A stretch of DNA of 63,564 bases, filler included, from Octopus bimaculoides (GCF_001194135.2; 10 parts of 9 records of this genome joined end to end with filler, not necessarily neighbours in it); one strand, 5' to 3'. Positions 47,497 through 62,245 are shown, counted from the first letter of the whole stretch. The notes: generated by a model from the letters alone, not told the origin. Translations and numbers: made by a program.

Positions 47497-48498
47497 NNNN
47501 NNNNNNNNNNNNNNNNNNNNNNNNNNNNNNNNNNNNNNNNNNNNNNNNNNNNNNNNNNNNNNNNNNNNNNNNNNNNNNNNNNNNNNNNNNNNNNNNNNNN
47601 NNNNNNNNNNNNNNNNNNNNNNNNNNNNNNNNNNNNNNNNNNNNNNNNNNNNNNNNNNNNNNNNNNNNNNNNNNNNNNNNNNNNNNNNNNNNNNNNNNNN
47701 NNNNNNNNNNNNNNNNNNNNNNNNNNNNNNNNNNNNNNNNNNNNNNNNNNNNNNNNNNNNNNNNNNNNNNNNNNNNNNNNNNNNNNNNNNNNNNNNNNNN
47801 NNNNNNNNNNNNNNNNNNNNNNNNNNNNNNNNNNNNNNNNNNNNNNNNNNNNNNNNNNNNNNNNNNNNNNNNNNNNNNNNNNNNNNNNNNNNNNNNNNNN
47901 NNNNNNNNNNNNNNNNNNNNNNNNNNNNNNNNNNNNNNNNNNNNNNNNNNNNNNNNNNNNNNNNNNNNNNNNNNNNNNNNNNNNNNNNNNNNNNNNNNNN
48001 NNNNNNNNNNNNNNNNNNNNNNNNNNNNNNNNNNNNNNNNNNNNNNNNNNNNNNNNNNNNNNNNNNNNNNNNNNNNNNNNNNNNNNNNNNNNNNNNNNNN
48101 NNNNNNNNNNNNNNNNNNNNNNNNNNNNNNNNNNNNNNNNNNNNNNNNNNNNNNNNNNNNNNNNNNNNNNNNNNNNNNNNNNNNNNNNNNNNNNNNNNNN
48201 NNNNNNNNNNNNNNNNNNNNNNNNNNNNNNNNNNNNNNNNNNNNNNNNNNNNNNNNNNNNNNNNNNNNNNNNNNNNNNNNNNNNNNNNNNNNNNNNCAGT
48301 AGTATGACTTGACATATGCGTGTGTATGTGAACGCACGTGTGAGAATACATTCTTTCTCTAAAATAATTTTTGTTTATTTTAATAGTTTTGTAATATTAT
48401 GGTGGCAAGAATTATCTGAACGATATCAGGGCACTTCTGCACTATGCCACACAAGTACAACCACCTTTCTCTCGGTCACTATCGGGACTGGTACGCTG

Positions 48499-48559
<61 letters not shown>

Positions 48560-49494
48560 AAACGTTTCGAGTTTTTGAGTTTCGAGCATTACAATTCACA
48601 CTACTATACACTCCACTTCTACTGTCTCGAACCGGAAGTAACTTCCACTACCGGATGTTTCTTACTGTCCGTAGGAGCCCCTCCTACCACCCTTATTAAC
48701 GATCCCTCTTGTCACACCCAATTAGCAATTTTTCAACGCTTCAAAAGTCGTTTCAACAACTCCGCACCCCCACCCCCACCCCCCACTGCAACACACACTA
48801 ATTCCACATAATACCTCTCCACCTTCCGATTCCGATCTCTGGCTTACAGACACAATCCTTTCATATCAGGAAACAGGAAATACTCTATTCTCCTACTTAT
48901 ATCTGCGTGTGTATATATATATATGTGTTTGTATCTAAATGCATTTCATATATGTGTGTGTTTATATGTATATACATATATATATATGTATATATATATG
49001 TATATATATGTATATACATATGTATATATATATGTATGTATATATATTTGTGTGTGTGCGTGCGTGTATTATGTATGTATCTTGTATGCACAATGGGTTG
49101 TGTTTATATTGTTGGCCGGCGCTTGTGTTTAGTTTTAGTTGGGATATGTTGTAGTACTGAGTGTTAATTACGCAAGGCTGTTGTGTCACTTTATTGAGTA
49201 GTGATTGCATAGAGTGTGTTGTGTGTGTCTTGTTATATTACTGGGTGCTGATTTTTAAGCGTCGGACAAAACACTTTGCAGTATTTAGCTACAGCTCTTT
49301 ACGTTCTGAGTTCAAATCGCTGGTGATGCCCTGTACTTAATGTGTATTTTTTTATCATGTATGTATGTATGTATGCATATATGTTTGTATGTATGTATGT
49401 ACGCACACGGGCATAGGTACACCATGATATATACACACGCAGACGAGGATCGATTCATATCGAAAAGAAAGTGAACAAAATAATATGACCACTT

Positions 49495-49636
49495 GCTTAT
49501 TACCCAATGAGTATTTTTGCCATATGTGGTGAAAATGTGTTCAGCCGTTTTCCAGTAATTTTGCAAACACACACAGACAAACAGACGAAGACGAGTTATA
49601 ATAATACCCTGCTTTCGTTTACGCGCGCAAGGTAAT
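49495..49636 (+). mobile_element. Helentron/DINE-1-like non-autonomous element end
   Basis: gaaaatgtgttcagccgtttt...(caga/caaa)n...ataataccctgc...gcaaggtaat: core, short microsatellite and terminal stem-loop in the expected order. Confidence 0.4.
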
Positions 49637-51380
49637 CATAATTATTAAAATTTTATGCAGTGTATGACAATATATTTCAATACATATTATTGCAACATAA
49701 TACGATGAGAATAATCTAATTTCGATAATTACGAAATACCCCATCGATATTTGGGTTAATATACAGTTTAGTGTTGTAAAGAAAAAAATAAAAGCAAATT
49801 GAGTCGGAAATAACGATGAGGAAATCCTGTAATTTCATAAATATATGTATCGAAAAAATTACAATCGTAAATTGTCTAAAGGAAATGGGTGTTTGATGCA
49901 GTAGAAAGGGTTACAGGAAAATTCTGCCTGAGATTCCCATTTGTGCATGCGAAACATTTTGGTCCATTATAACGCAATAGATATTAACATGGACATGTTT
50001 GATATTTAATGGGTGAACTTGCTATGTTAGTTTAGGCTACATATATAGTGGTGAATTATTCTTTAAATTTTGTTGATCCCAGAGTGAGAGCATCCGTACG
50101 CAGTCTTTCGAAGAACGGTGAATATTCGTGAAACTAATGAGGCTTTATCAATATCGTATTTGTATGAGTATATGTGGCAAAACTAATTCAGAGACCGTAA
50201 AAAAAACTATATATTCATTCTAGACATCGTTTTCGCATTATATAAATACAATGAAATTGTGGGATTTCACTCTCGTCATTCCCAGTTTCAATCACCATTT
50301 GCTTTCACTTTTTAGGGCACTAAACTGCAAGTTAAGCGATTTTTGTCTGTAGTATGTTTAATAACGCAGAGAACACTTTTAATTTTTTGTTACCGCATTC
50401 ATTCTCTTTCCTTCGTATAGAACTGAAATAAAATAGTTGGTTTCGCTTTTTAAGTTTTCGTTTTAGGTCTCTTCCAAAAGGATTTGATGTTTGGGTATGA
50501 AAACTTTTGTCAAATCTCGCGAAGGTCAACTGACCTGGGGTTAAGCAACTACATAAAAATAAAAAGCCAATGGGGTTGTATTTACGTTGTCATGCGACCT
50601 GCTATAAATAGCAGCAAATTACCACTCAAATTACACACTATCATCTTACTTAAGGGAAGGATACGCTAAGAATGTAGTACGATATATCTTCAAAAAGATA
50701 GAATAACCACCGTTGGAACACCTTTGATAATAGACCTTTCTGGATCAGGCCTGAGTTGGGGATAAACAACACAAGTGAATTTATACAATGCACCGACTAT
50801 TTAATGCTGGATACGAACAGTCGACCTTTTGGTCAGAATATATTATCGATGGAGGAGATATTGTTGTATGGCAAACTCAAACCGAGCAAATTCTGGAATG
50901 GTTTATTCTCTTGTGTTATTAATAATTGGCCTCGAACACTGGATATTGTAGATTTTAAATCTCCGGTGTATAGTTATCTCAAATTAATTGAGGTCCTTGT
51001 TCCATATGGATAACCTTCCACCTACTCCTCCTCCTCCTCAACTAAGTTACTCCTAGCCGGATACCTTGCTGTCTATCTGCTAGCTGACCGAATAACTTTC
51101 TAACTGTGATTCTGGTGAAAGCACGACTGCGTAACTGATATCACGACGCTGGCGGTTTGTGTGTGTATGAGGAGCACTCCGTCGGTTACGACGACCGTGA
51201 AATTAACGTGCAAGTAACTGAGTACTCCACAGACACGTGTACCCTTCACGTAGTTCTCATGGCGGGGGGGGGATTCAGCGTGATACAGAGTGTGACAAGG
51301 TTGGCCCTTTGAAATACAGGTGGTACTTATTCTTGCTCAAGGACACAACGCGTCGCGTCGTAAGGTCATATATGTATATA

Positions 51381-52052
51381 CAGAGTGTCCCCCAAAAATG
51401 TATACACACTTTAGCAGCTGATAATTCAATTGATGTTTTTTTCTTTCCAGATGAAACCCACTGGAATTAATGATGGCAGTCAGACTAAGCTTTGAGCAAA
51501 GGAAATTCATTTTAAGATGCTACTGGAAGTGTGAAAACGCAGTTGAAGTGCAAAGACAGTTTAGTGGGGAGTTTCAACAGATCCACCAATGCGACTTACC
51601 ATCACTCGAATTAGAGATAAGTTTGAAGCCGATGGAACTGTTCAGAATGTCCACTAGAAGCATTGAACATCAACAACTCCCACAAAGCAAGAAGGAGTAC
51701 TGGAAACGTATCACCAAAGTTCAAGAAAATCTGTGTGGCAAGCGAGTCGTGAGGTAAGTATTCCAAAATCGTCTGTCCAACGCCTTTTGAAGCGTTGTCA
51801 ATGGAAAAGTTACGTTCCAAGATTAGTCCATGCTATTAATGATGATGATCCAGACCGAAGAGTGCAGTATTGCGAGTGGTACTTGGCACGATGTGTAGAA
51901 GATGCACACTTCCCAACAAAGATTGTGTGGAGTGATGAGGCCACATTCAAATTGAATGGTTCAATTAACCGCCACTACTGTGAACCTGAGAATCCGCATG
52001 TTATGGTGGAACACCATGTTAATTTACCAGGAGTGACAGTGTGGTGTGGCTG
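51381..52052 (+). pseudogene. IS630/Tc1/mariner transposon, left end plus truncated transposase (rosa/DD41D-like)
   Basis: TA|CAGAGTGTCCC terminus. N-terminal HTH LSFEQRKFIL..YWK, a frameshift, then [16 protein letters not shown]...ENPH...VTVWCG. Truncated at a microsatellite. Confidence 0.82.
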
Positions 52053-53038
52053 ATCATCAAGATGTATGTATACACGCACGTGTATCAATATAGTATGTAT
52101 GTGCGTATAGATATGTATGTGTGTAAGTATACTTATCTACAGACCTACGTACATACACACATACATACATACACACATACATACATACACACATGCATAC
52201 ATACACACATACATACATACACACATACATACATACACACATACATACGTGTGTGTGTGTGTGTGTGTGTACTTATGAATGTACTTGTATATAAATCCAC
52301 CCAACCAACTAACTAACAAACAAAGAACGAAAAAATAAGCCAAAACCAAACACGCAAAATCTCAGCAGAGGACTAAAAATAAACTACGTTTTCTGGGTCA
52401 ACAATGGACACATTTTATTTTTCTTCTACACAACAACATATTGACATATTTCCTATAAGAAAGAACATCGTAAAAATAAATATAATAAAAATAATGATAA
52501 TAAACGAAACGAAAGGAAGATTCGTTCCCTATTGTATTTGTCCTTGTTTGAATTTCTGTACCGTTTAGTTTTTTATTTATTTATTTATCTATTTACTTAT
52601 TTATTTATTCATTCTTACACAAATATATGTCTACTGAAACACGTATCGTTGAAATGATCTCTTGTCATACATTATTGTCATTGACGCGAGAGAAGCTGCA
52701 GGGCTGCTGAATTAAAAATGTGTTCTCAGTACATATTGATTAAGGCTTCAGTTATGTAATACAACGCAGATCCTCGTACAAGTTAGGGAGTCTGTGAGCA
52801 CTGAACAGCAAAGACAAGCGAATTGCAATTTTTTTTTTTTTACCTCGTCCTTTATCTTTTACGTTTCAGTCTTTGGACGGCATCTTGAAGCGTTTTGTTG
52901 AACAAATCGACGCCGGTGCTTATTTTTCAAGTCTGGCACTTATCCAGTCAGTGTCTTTTGTCGAGCCGCTAAGTTACGGGTACGCAAACAAACCAATACT
53001 AGTTGTCAAGCATTACGTGAGAACACACACACACATAT

Positions 53039-53082
<44 letters not shown>

Positions 53083-53085
<3 letters not shown>

Positions 53086-53480
53086 GCTGTGTAGTAAGTA
53101 GCTTGCTTACCAACCACATGGTTACGGGTTCAGTGAACACTGCGTGGCACCTTGGGCAAGTGTCTTCTACTATAGCCTCGGGCTGACCAAAGCCTTGTGA
53201 GTGGATTAAGTAGACGGAAACTGAAAGAAGCCCGTCGTATATATGTATATGTATATACATGTGTGTGTGTTTGTGTGCCTGTTTGTCTCCCCAACATCGC
53301 TTGACAACCGATGCTGGTGTGTTTACATCCCCGTAACATAGCGGTTCGGCAAAAGAGACCGATAGAATAAGCACTAGGCTTACAAAGAATAAGTCATGGG
53401 GTCGATTTGCTCGACTAAAGGCGGTGCTCCAGCATGACCGCAGTCAAATGACTGAAACAAGTAAAAGTGTAAAAGAGTAA
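53083..53480 (+). mobile_element. SINE family A, full length
   Basis: Complete copy following a (CT)n tract. Confidence 0.9.
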
Positions 53481-54603
53481 AGTATATATATATATAATGG
53501 ACTTCCACACAGTTTCCGTCTACTAAATGACTCATAAGGCATTGGTCAGCGCGGGGTTTTAGTAGAAGATACTTGCTCAAAATGTCGCGCTGTAGGACAT
53601 TGAACACGTGAATGCAAAGCGAGCTTCTTGCCTTCACAGCCATGCGAACATCGTGTTGGTTGACATATATGCTGGTTGGCTGGCTGGTTGGTTGGTTGGT
53701 TGGTTGGTTGGTTGGTTGGTTGGTTGGTTGGCTGGTTGGTTGGCTGGTTGGTTAGTTGGTTGGCTGGCTGGCNNNNNNNNNNNNNNNNNNNNNNNNNNNN
53801 NNNNNNNNNNNNNNNNNNNNNNNNNNNNNNNNNNNNNNNNNNNNNNNNNNNNNNNNNNNNNNNNNNNNNNNNNNNNNNNNNNNNNNNNNNNNNNNNNNNN
53901 NNNNNNNNNNNNNNNNNNNNNNNNNNNNNNNNNNNNNNNNNNNNNNNNNNNNNNNNNNNNNNNNNNNNNNNNNNNNNNNNNNNNNNNNNNNNNNNNNNNN
54001 NNNNNNNNNNNNNNNNNNNNNNNNNNNNNNNNNNNNNNNNNNNNNNNNNNNNNNNNNNNNNNNNNNNNNNNNNNNNNNNNNNNNNNNNNNNNNNNNNNNN
54101 NNNNNNNNNNNNNNNNNNNNNNNNNNNNNNNNNNNNNNNNNNNNNNNNNNNNNNNNNNNNNNNNNNNNNNNNNNNNNNNNNNNNNNNNNNNNNNNNNNNN
54201 NNNNNNNNNNNNNNNNNNNNNNNNNNNNNNNNNNNNNNNNNNNNNNNNNNNNNNNNNNNNNNNNNNNNNNNNNNNNNNNNNNNNNNNNNNNNNNNNNNNN
54301 NNNNNNNNNNNNNNNNNNNNNNNNNNNNNNNNNNNNNNNNNNNNNNNNNNNNNNNNNNNNNNNNNNNNNNNNNNNNNNNNNNNNNNNNNNNNNNNNNNNN
54401 NNNNNNNNNNNNNNNNNNNNNNNNNNNNNNNNNNNNNNNNNNNNNNNNNNNNNNNNNNNNNNNNNNNNNNNNNNNNNNNNNNNNNNNNNNNNNNNNNNNN
54501 NNNNNNNNNNNNNNNNNNNNNNNNNNNNNNNNNNNNNNNNNNNNNNNNNNNNNNNNNNNNNNNNNNNNNNNNNNNNNNNNNNNNNNNNNNNNNNNNNNNN
54601 NNN

Positions 54604-55230
54604 GAGGAGGACAAGGACGAGGAGGAGGACAAGGACGAGGAGGAGGACAAGGACGAGGAGGAGGAGGTGGAGGACGAGGACGAGGAGGAGGACGAGGTGG
54701 AGGACGAGGTGGAGGACGAGGTGGAAGACGAGGAGGAGGAATGGTTATGAAAGTGAAGCATATCTTGAGTACTGGATTCACAAACGCCTTATCAATGGTC
54801 CATAGATGTCCTCTCACACACCAATACCTGGCCGATAGCATTTTAACTTCGTGGCTATGATGTATGTACGTATGTATGTATGTATGTATGTATGTACGTA
54901 TGTATGTATGTATGCATGTATGTATGTATGCATGCGTGTATGTATGTATGTATGTACTATGTATGTATGTATGCATGCATGTATGTATGTATGTATGCAT
55001 GCATGTATCTATGCATGCGTATATGTATGTATGCATGCATGCATGGATGCATGTATGTATGTACGTATGTATGTATGTATGTATGTACGTACGTATGTAT
55101 GTATGTACGTACGTACGTATGTATGTATGTATGTATGTATGTACGTACGTACGTATGTATGTATGTATGTATGTATGTATGTATGTACGTACGTACGTAT
55201 GTATGTATGTATGTATGTATGTATGTATGT
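54604..55230. repeat. (GAG/GAC)n and long (TATG/TACG)n simple repeats
   Basis: Direct reading. Source of the poly-E/D, poly-P and MYVC ORFs. Confidence 0.95.
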
Positions 55231-55453
55231 TTGGGGGAGGTGCCTTAGGTTTTGCGTCTCACATCATTAGACAATACGCCCCCACCCATTTCAGTCACGA
55301 AACGACCATTAGTTACTTTCGTAACCCAACAATGAAGCCGAAACATTTGTTTTTAAACATTAATACAAACCCTTATTTTATGTTTTTCTTTTCACCATTA
55401 TATTTTTCAATGGTACGCGCAAGATATTTATGACGTCCAGACTTAAGGAATGT

Positions 55454-55485
<32 letters not shown>

Positions 55486-55583
55486 CCTGTGTGTGTGTGT
55501 GTGTGTATACATATATATATACGCGTGTGTGTGTGTGTGTATATATATGTATGTATGTATATTTGTGCCTATACGTGTGCGTG

Positions 55584-55623
<40 letters not shown>

Positions 55624-56259
55624 CAAGTGCGTGTGTACCATCTGCTTCATACGTCTGTCAGATTTTTTGAATATATGACCTCTTTAAATGTTGACTTACA
55701 GGGAAAGGACTGCGTGTGTGCACGTGTGTGCGCGTGTGTGCGCGTGTGTGCGTGGTGTGTGTGTGTGTGTGTGTTTGTGTAGGTGTGTGTGTTTGTGTGT
55801 GTACTAACCCACCTCCACTGTCAAGATTAGCCAGGATAGTAAACGTGGCCTGACCCTAACTATCCAAGCAGTAAGTTATGTAGTAACAATGTCATAGCAC
55901 AGACGTCATGAGTGAGTGGCTAGCATATCTGACATATAAGGTATTTTGTTATCTACTGATTTATAATGTCTATTATGCAATACAATCTGGCAGTACTACT
56001 GATGTTTCTCATCTTTCACTGAAACATATACCTTTCATTGTATGAATGTATGTATGTATGTATGTATGTATGTATGTATGTATTGAACCAGTATTTCCTT
56101 GGATGCAACCATCCCTTCACGAGGTTAACATATCCTCTAATTAAATATATATATATATANNNNNNNNNNNNNNNNNNNNNNNNNNNNNNNNNNNNNNNNN
56201 NNNTTAATTAATTAANNNNNNNNNNNNNNNNNNNNNNNNNNNNNNNNNNNNNNNNNNNN

Positions 56260-56300
<41 letters not shown>

Positions 56301-56685
56301 TATAAATATATATTTATATATAATTATATAAATATATAAATATATATATATGTATGTTTGTATATATACATATACATACATCTATATATGTTCTTTAAAT
56401 TCTTTAAAATGTTCCACCTTCAAATCTGCGGTCATGCTGGGGCACCACCGTTACACGACGGTCTTTTCTTGAGTCTCCGTCTACCAAATTCACTGACAAC
56501 AATTTAGTCGGGGTTATACTACTTGCCCAAGATGCCACGCCTTCAGACTGAAACCAGAATCGTGATGTTTGGAAGCAAACTTCACAAATATACATGTATG
56601 TAACTATGTATGTATGTAAATATATATATACATACATATGTGTGTATATAGGTATTTATCTACCTATCTCTGTCTATCTGTCTGC

Positions 56686-56749
<64 letters not shown>

Positions 56750-57692
56750 TTTTATTCTTTTATTCTTTTACTTGTTTCAGTCATTTGACTGCGGCCATGC
56801 TGGAGCACCGCCTTTAGTCGAGAAAATCGACCCCAGGACTTATTCTTTGTAAGCCTTATTCTATCGGTCTCTTTTTGCCGNNNNNNNNNNNNNNNNNNNN
56901 NNNNNNNNNNNNNNNNNNNNNNNNNNNNNNNNNNNNNNNNNNNNNNNNNNNNNNNNNNNNNNNNNNNNNNNNNNNNNNNNNNNNNNNNNNNNNNNNNNNN
57001 NNNNNNNNNNNNNNNNNNNNNNNNNNNNNNNNNNNNNNNNNNNNNNNNNNNNNNNNNNNNNNNNNNNNNNNNNNNNNNNNNNNNNNNNNNNNNNNNNNNN
57101 NNNNNNNNNNNNNNNNNNNNNNNNNNNNNNNNNNNNNNNNNNNNNNNNNNNNNNNNNNNNNNNNNNNNNNNNNNNNNNNNNNNNNNNNNNNNNNNNNNNN
57201 NNNNNNNNNNNNNNNNNNNNNNNNNNNNNNNNNNNNNNNNNNNNNNNNNNNNNNNNNNNNNNNNNNNNNNNNNNNNNNNNNNNNNNNNNNNNNNNNNNNN
57301 NNNNNNNNNNNNNNNNNNNNNNNNNNNNNNNNNNNNNNNNNNNNNNNNNNNNNNNNNNNNNNNNNNNNNNNNNNNNNNNNNNNNNNNNNNNNNNNNNNNN
57401 NNNNNNNNNNNNNNNNNNNNNNNNNNNNNNNNNNNNNNNNNNNNNNNNNNNNNNNNNNNNNNNNNNNNNNNNNNNNNNNNNNNNNNNNNNNNNNNNNNNN
57501 NNNNNNNNNNNNNNNNNNNNNNNNNNNNNNNNNNNNNNNNNNNNNNNNNNNNNNNNNNNNNNNNNNNNNNNNNNNNNNNNNNNNNNNNNNNNNNNNNNNN
57601 NNNNNNNNNNNNNNNNNNNNNNNNNNNNNNNNNNNNNNNNNNNNNNNNNNNNNNNNNNNNNNNNNNNNNNNNNNNNNNNNNNNNNNNNNNNN

Positions 57693-57734
<42 letters not shown>

Positions 57735-58455
57735 CATAGGCGTACATATGTAAGAGCAAAATATATGTGTATACGTGCGGTTGTTTAAAGATACAAACGC
57801 ATATATCTATATAGATGAATAAAGATACATATACATATACTTAAATATACGTATATGCACAAATGTATGTATGTATGTATGTATGTATGAATATATCTTC
57901 TGTCTATCTTCTATATATGTGTTATTCGTTATATCACATACATTATTTTTTATATACGCTTTCCGTTCGTTCCACCGTTTATGTACATTAAACATTTTCT
58001 ATATTATCATAGAATATATATGTATGTGTGTATGGATATACGTATATATGCGTAAAGACGCGCACATGCACGCATGTGTGTGCGTGAGTGTGTATAGTGT
58101 GTATAGGCGCAGGCTTGGCTTCGAGGTAAGCAGCTTACTACCAGACGACGTGGTCTGGGTTCACTTTCCTTTAAGGACAAGTATTTTCTAAGCTAGCCTG
58201 AGGCCGACCAAAGCCTCGCGAATAGAATTGGTATATGTATATNNNNNNNNNNTATATATATATGTATAAGAAATTGACGATAATTGATGAGGAAAGAGCA
58301 TGTCCACATTTTATTTGTGAATTTTCCGTGCGTTCCTTTATCGTCTTTGTATGTAGTTTCTCAAACTCCCTCTCTCACTGTCCCAGTCTCTTTCGTTCTA
58401 TCTCCCTCTTTCCCTCTGTATATATATGTATATATACATATATATATATGTATAC

Positions 58456-58501
<46 letters not shown>

Positions 58502-59006
58502 AAATACGGATACTCCGACAACAACGAAAGAAGAATAAACATACATATAGATATCAACTGATATCCTCCTACATCCATGCGCCTGTTAAATTTGTGCCAC
58601 AATCTCAATGGTATTATATCCGTTTTCTTATGATATAAACACAGATATCGAAATGGACTATAATGTGATACCCGTAGTTATCACATAACCGCGAAGAGGC
58701 TCGATGATTACTTGTATAGGGTTGCAAGATCTGCTAGAAACAACAGTCAAATCTTCCTAACTTAGATATAAGCTATAGCATCAAGGCCAGGAATTTTTTA
58801 CTACATGTGTGTGTGTGTGTGTGTCTGTAGGGGAAGACTACAGATTATGTTGAGCAAGTATTTCAGTTGTTCTTTATATTATCAACCAACAGATGATGCA
58901 ACTCAATGTCGACAGCAGCAAGAAATGATCTCAGTACCTTAAGGGGCTGTAAGTCGCTTCTCTAAGGCATCGCCATATTCCACACACACACATGAACAAA
59001 CACACA

Positions 59007-59070
<64 letters not shown>

Positions 59071-60861
59071 NNNNNNNNNNNNNNNNNNNNNNNNNNNNNN
59101 NNNNNNNNNNNNNNNNNNNNNNNNNNNNNNNNNNNNNNNNNNNNNNNNNNNNNNNNNNNNNNNNNNNNNNNNNNNNNNNNNNNNNNNNNNNNNNNNNNNN
59201 NNNNNNNNNNNNNNNNNNNNNNNNNNNNNNNNNNNNNNNNNNNNNNNNNNNNNNNNNNNNNNNNNNNNNNNNNNNNNNNNNNNNNNNNNNNNNNNNNNNN
59301 NNNNNNNNNNNNNNNNNNNNNNNNNNNNNNNNNNNNNNNNNNNNNNNNNNNNNNNNNNNNNNNNNNNNNNNNNNNNNNNNNNNNNNNNNNNNNNNNNNNN
59401 NNNNNNNNNNNNNNNNNNNNNNNNNNNNNNNNNNNNNNNNNNNNNNNNNNNNNNNNNNNNNNNNNNNNNNNNNNNNNNNNNNNNNNNNNNNNNNNNNNNN
59501 NNNNNNNNNNNNNNNNNNNNNNNNNNNNNNNNNNNNNNNNNNNNNNNNNNNNNNNNNNNNNNNNNNNNNNNNNNNNNNNNNNNNNNNNNNNNNNNNNNNN
59601 NNNNNNNNNNNNNNNNNNNNNNNNNNNNNNNNNNNNNNNNNNNNNNNNNNNNNNNNNNNNNNNNNNNNNNNNNNNNNNNNNNNNNNNNNNNNNNNNNNNN
59701 NNNNNNNNNNNNNNNNNNNNNNNNNNNNNNNNNNNNNNNNNNNNNNNNNNNNNNNNNNNNNNNNNNNNNNNNNNNNNNNNNNNNNNNNNNNNNNNNNNNN
59801 NNNNNNNNNNNNNNNNNNNNNNNNNNNNNNNNNNNNNNNNNNNNNNNNNNNNNNNNNNNNNNNNNNNNNNNNNNNNNNNNNNNNNNNNNNNNNNNNNNNN
59901 NNNNNNNNNNNNNNNNNNNNNNNNNNNNNNNNNNNNNNNNNNNNNNNNNNNNNNNNNNNNNNNNNNNNNNNNNNNNNNNNNNNNNNNNNNNNNNNNNNNN
60001 NNTATATATATATATATGTGTGTGTGTGTGTGCGTGTTGCATTTCGGACCGTAGCCCAATGAATTGTGCCTGAAGGCGGTGCCTCAGCATAGCCGTAGTG
60101 TAATGACTGAAACAAGCCAAAAATAAGGTAAAGGAATACGTGTGTGTGTGTATGTCAATGTGTGTGTCTGTATGTCAATGTCAATGTGTGTGTGTGTATG
60201 CGTGTATATGTGATTGAAAGCAGCTCGTGCCGAGTATGATCGCTTCTTCAAAGTTGAAAATTTCCTGCGTGTTTCCACTGAAACCCCTACTAAATCGAGG
60301 ACGAAAGCCCGCTGCAGGGCTGGTGGCCACATCCAGGATTAGACAAGCTTTGTTTAGATCACCTCTCCATAGTCCGTTCTGATTAACAGATGTGAAGTGG
60401 CATCTTTCTTTCGTAAGGTCTCTTCAGCTTCATAAGATGCTACCGAGCCTTTCCATCGACATTATATTTTGAAAAGAAACGACCAATATCCAGAGTCCCC
60501 GAGAATACAGGTTTACCGCGACATACATCCAACTGGTCAAGTCTGTAGCTTCTACTCTTCCTCGTTGCCGGAGGATTTCCTGACAGATTCCTATCGTGAT
60601 TTCCAAGGAATGAGATTGGTTGCAGTCAGAGTGGAGAGCACTCAGACTTCAAATAGAAGAATTTTCCTCCCGGTGGCCCAGCGCATGATCAGCCACCGGG
60701 AGTGAAAGATTACCATTAGAGGATCCTCCTTAAAAACGGAATTCTCGAAAAGGGCCATGGGACTATTACATCGAGGGGATTTACTGACCTTGAGTCTCTT
60801 TTAATGTATGTATGTGTGTATGTATGTATGTCTGTACGTATGTATATAATATCAATATATT

Positions 60862-61054
60862 CTTTCTACTCTAGACACAAGACCCGAAACTTTTGGGGAG
60901 GGGGCCAGTCGATTAGATCAACCCCAGTACGCAACTGGTACTTAATTTATCGACCCGGAAAGGATGAAAGGCAACGTCGACCTCGGCGGAATTAGAACTC
61001 AGAACGTAAAGGCATTTCGCCCGGCTTGCTAACATTTCTGCCAGCTCGCCGCCT
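60862..61054 (-). mobile_element. SINE family B, full length
   Basis: High similarity to the copy at 17040-17253. Confidence 0.9.
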
Positions 61055-61420
61055 TATATCTATATATTGAAATACAGTTGTGCCTAATATAAATGCATAT
61101 ACACATATGTGCGTAGATATCCACACACTTATATCTATCTATCTATTTATCTATCTATATACACACACATACACACACAAAGATATACATAAAAATAGGT
61201 AAACATATATTTAGATATACGTTTATACAATTTGAATAAAGTGAAAATATAATATAAATAAATAATATGATATATAAGATAAGATACACAATAACATAAA
61301 ATAATATATATATATATATANNNNNNNNNNNNNNNNNNNNNNNNNNNNNNNNNNNNNNNNNNNNTTAATTAATTAANNNNNNNNNNNNNNNNNNNNNNNN
61401 NNNNNNNNNNNNNNNNNNNN

Positions 61421-61815
61421 TTTAAAAACTAGTTTTATAGAAACATCTTTCAAAATTCCTATTTTGTTTTCCACACATTAACTTGTGTTAGTTGGTTGAA
61501 CCATGTAAAATGTCAGCGAAAGAAACCCAGCTGTTTCTTGCTATAAATACCAGTACATACCATGTGTGTATGGAAACAAACTTCCATTTGTTTTTTAAAA
61601 GTGTCAAATGTGTATCATGTGATACAGACAAGAAAGTGATATTTTGGATGCAACATCACCATAAAACAACAGTAAAATTGGGTATTATACTTTCTAAACT
61701 AAAAATTTCCAAAGGCCCTTAAATTACCATAGTGGATCCCCAATTTGCTATTTTGTTGCATGGATTCCCAAAAATCTCTTTTGAGCCCTCAGAAGACATA
61801 TAGACCCTCATTGAG
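61421..61815. mobile_element. Second copy of the 40207 hAT MITE (left end in gap)
   Basis: aaaaactagttttatagaaac...ggatccccaatt.gctattttg...atat.gacc is shared with 40286-40535. Confidence 0.7.
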
Positions 61816-61849
61816 GGTTTATCTCGTTGAGGGTTTATCTGAAAAAATT

Positions 61850-62245
<396 letters not shown>

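Noticed and set aside
48630-48662. Two ETS-like motifs (CCGGAAGT, CCGGATGT) as a promoter
   Set aside because: Short motifs with no adjacent supported exon, compatible with chance or a repeat origin.
50770-50930. AGYEQSTFWSEYIIDGGDIVVW peptide as a Penelope RT YxDD remnant
   Set aside because: The motif match is too loose to support by eye.
60270-60325. CTGAAAC...GAAAGCCC...GGGCTG hammerhead-like stretch
   Set aside because: The core lacks G8A9 and the triplet would end in G, which is not cleavable.
12793-61376. Nine exact TTAATTAATTAA palindromes
   Set aside because: Each is centred in a 100-nt N gap. It is an assembler spacer with stops in six frames, not biology.
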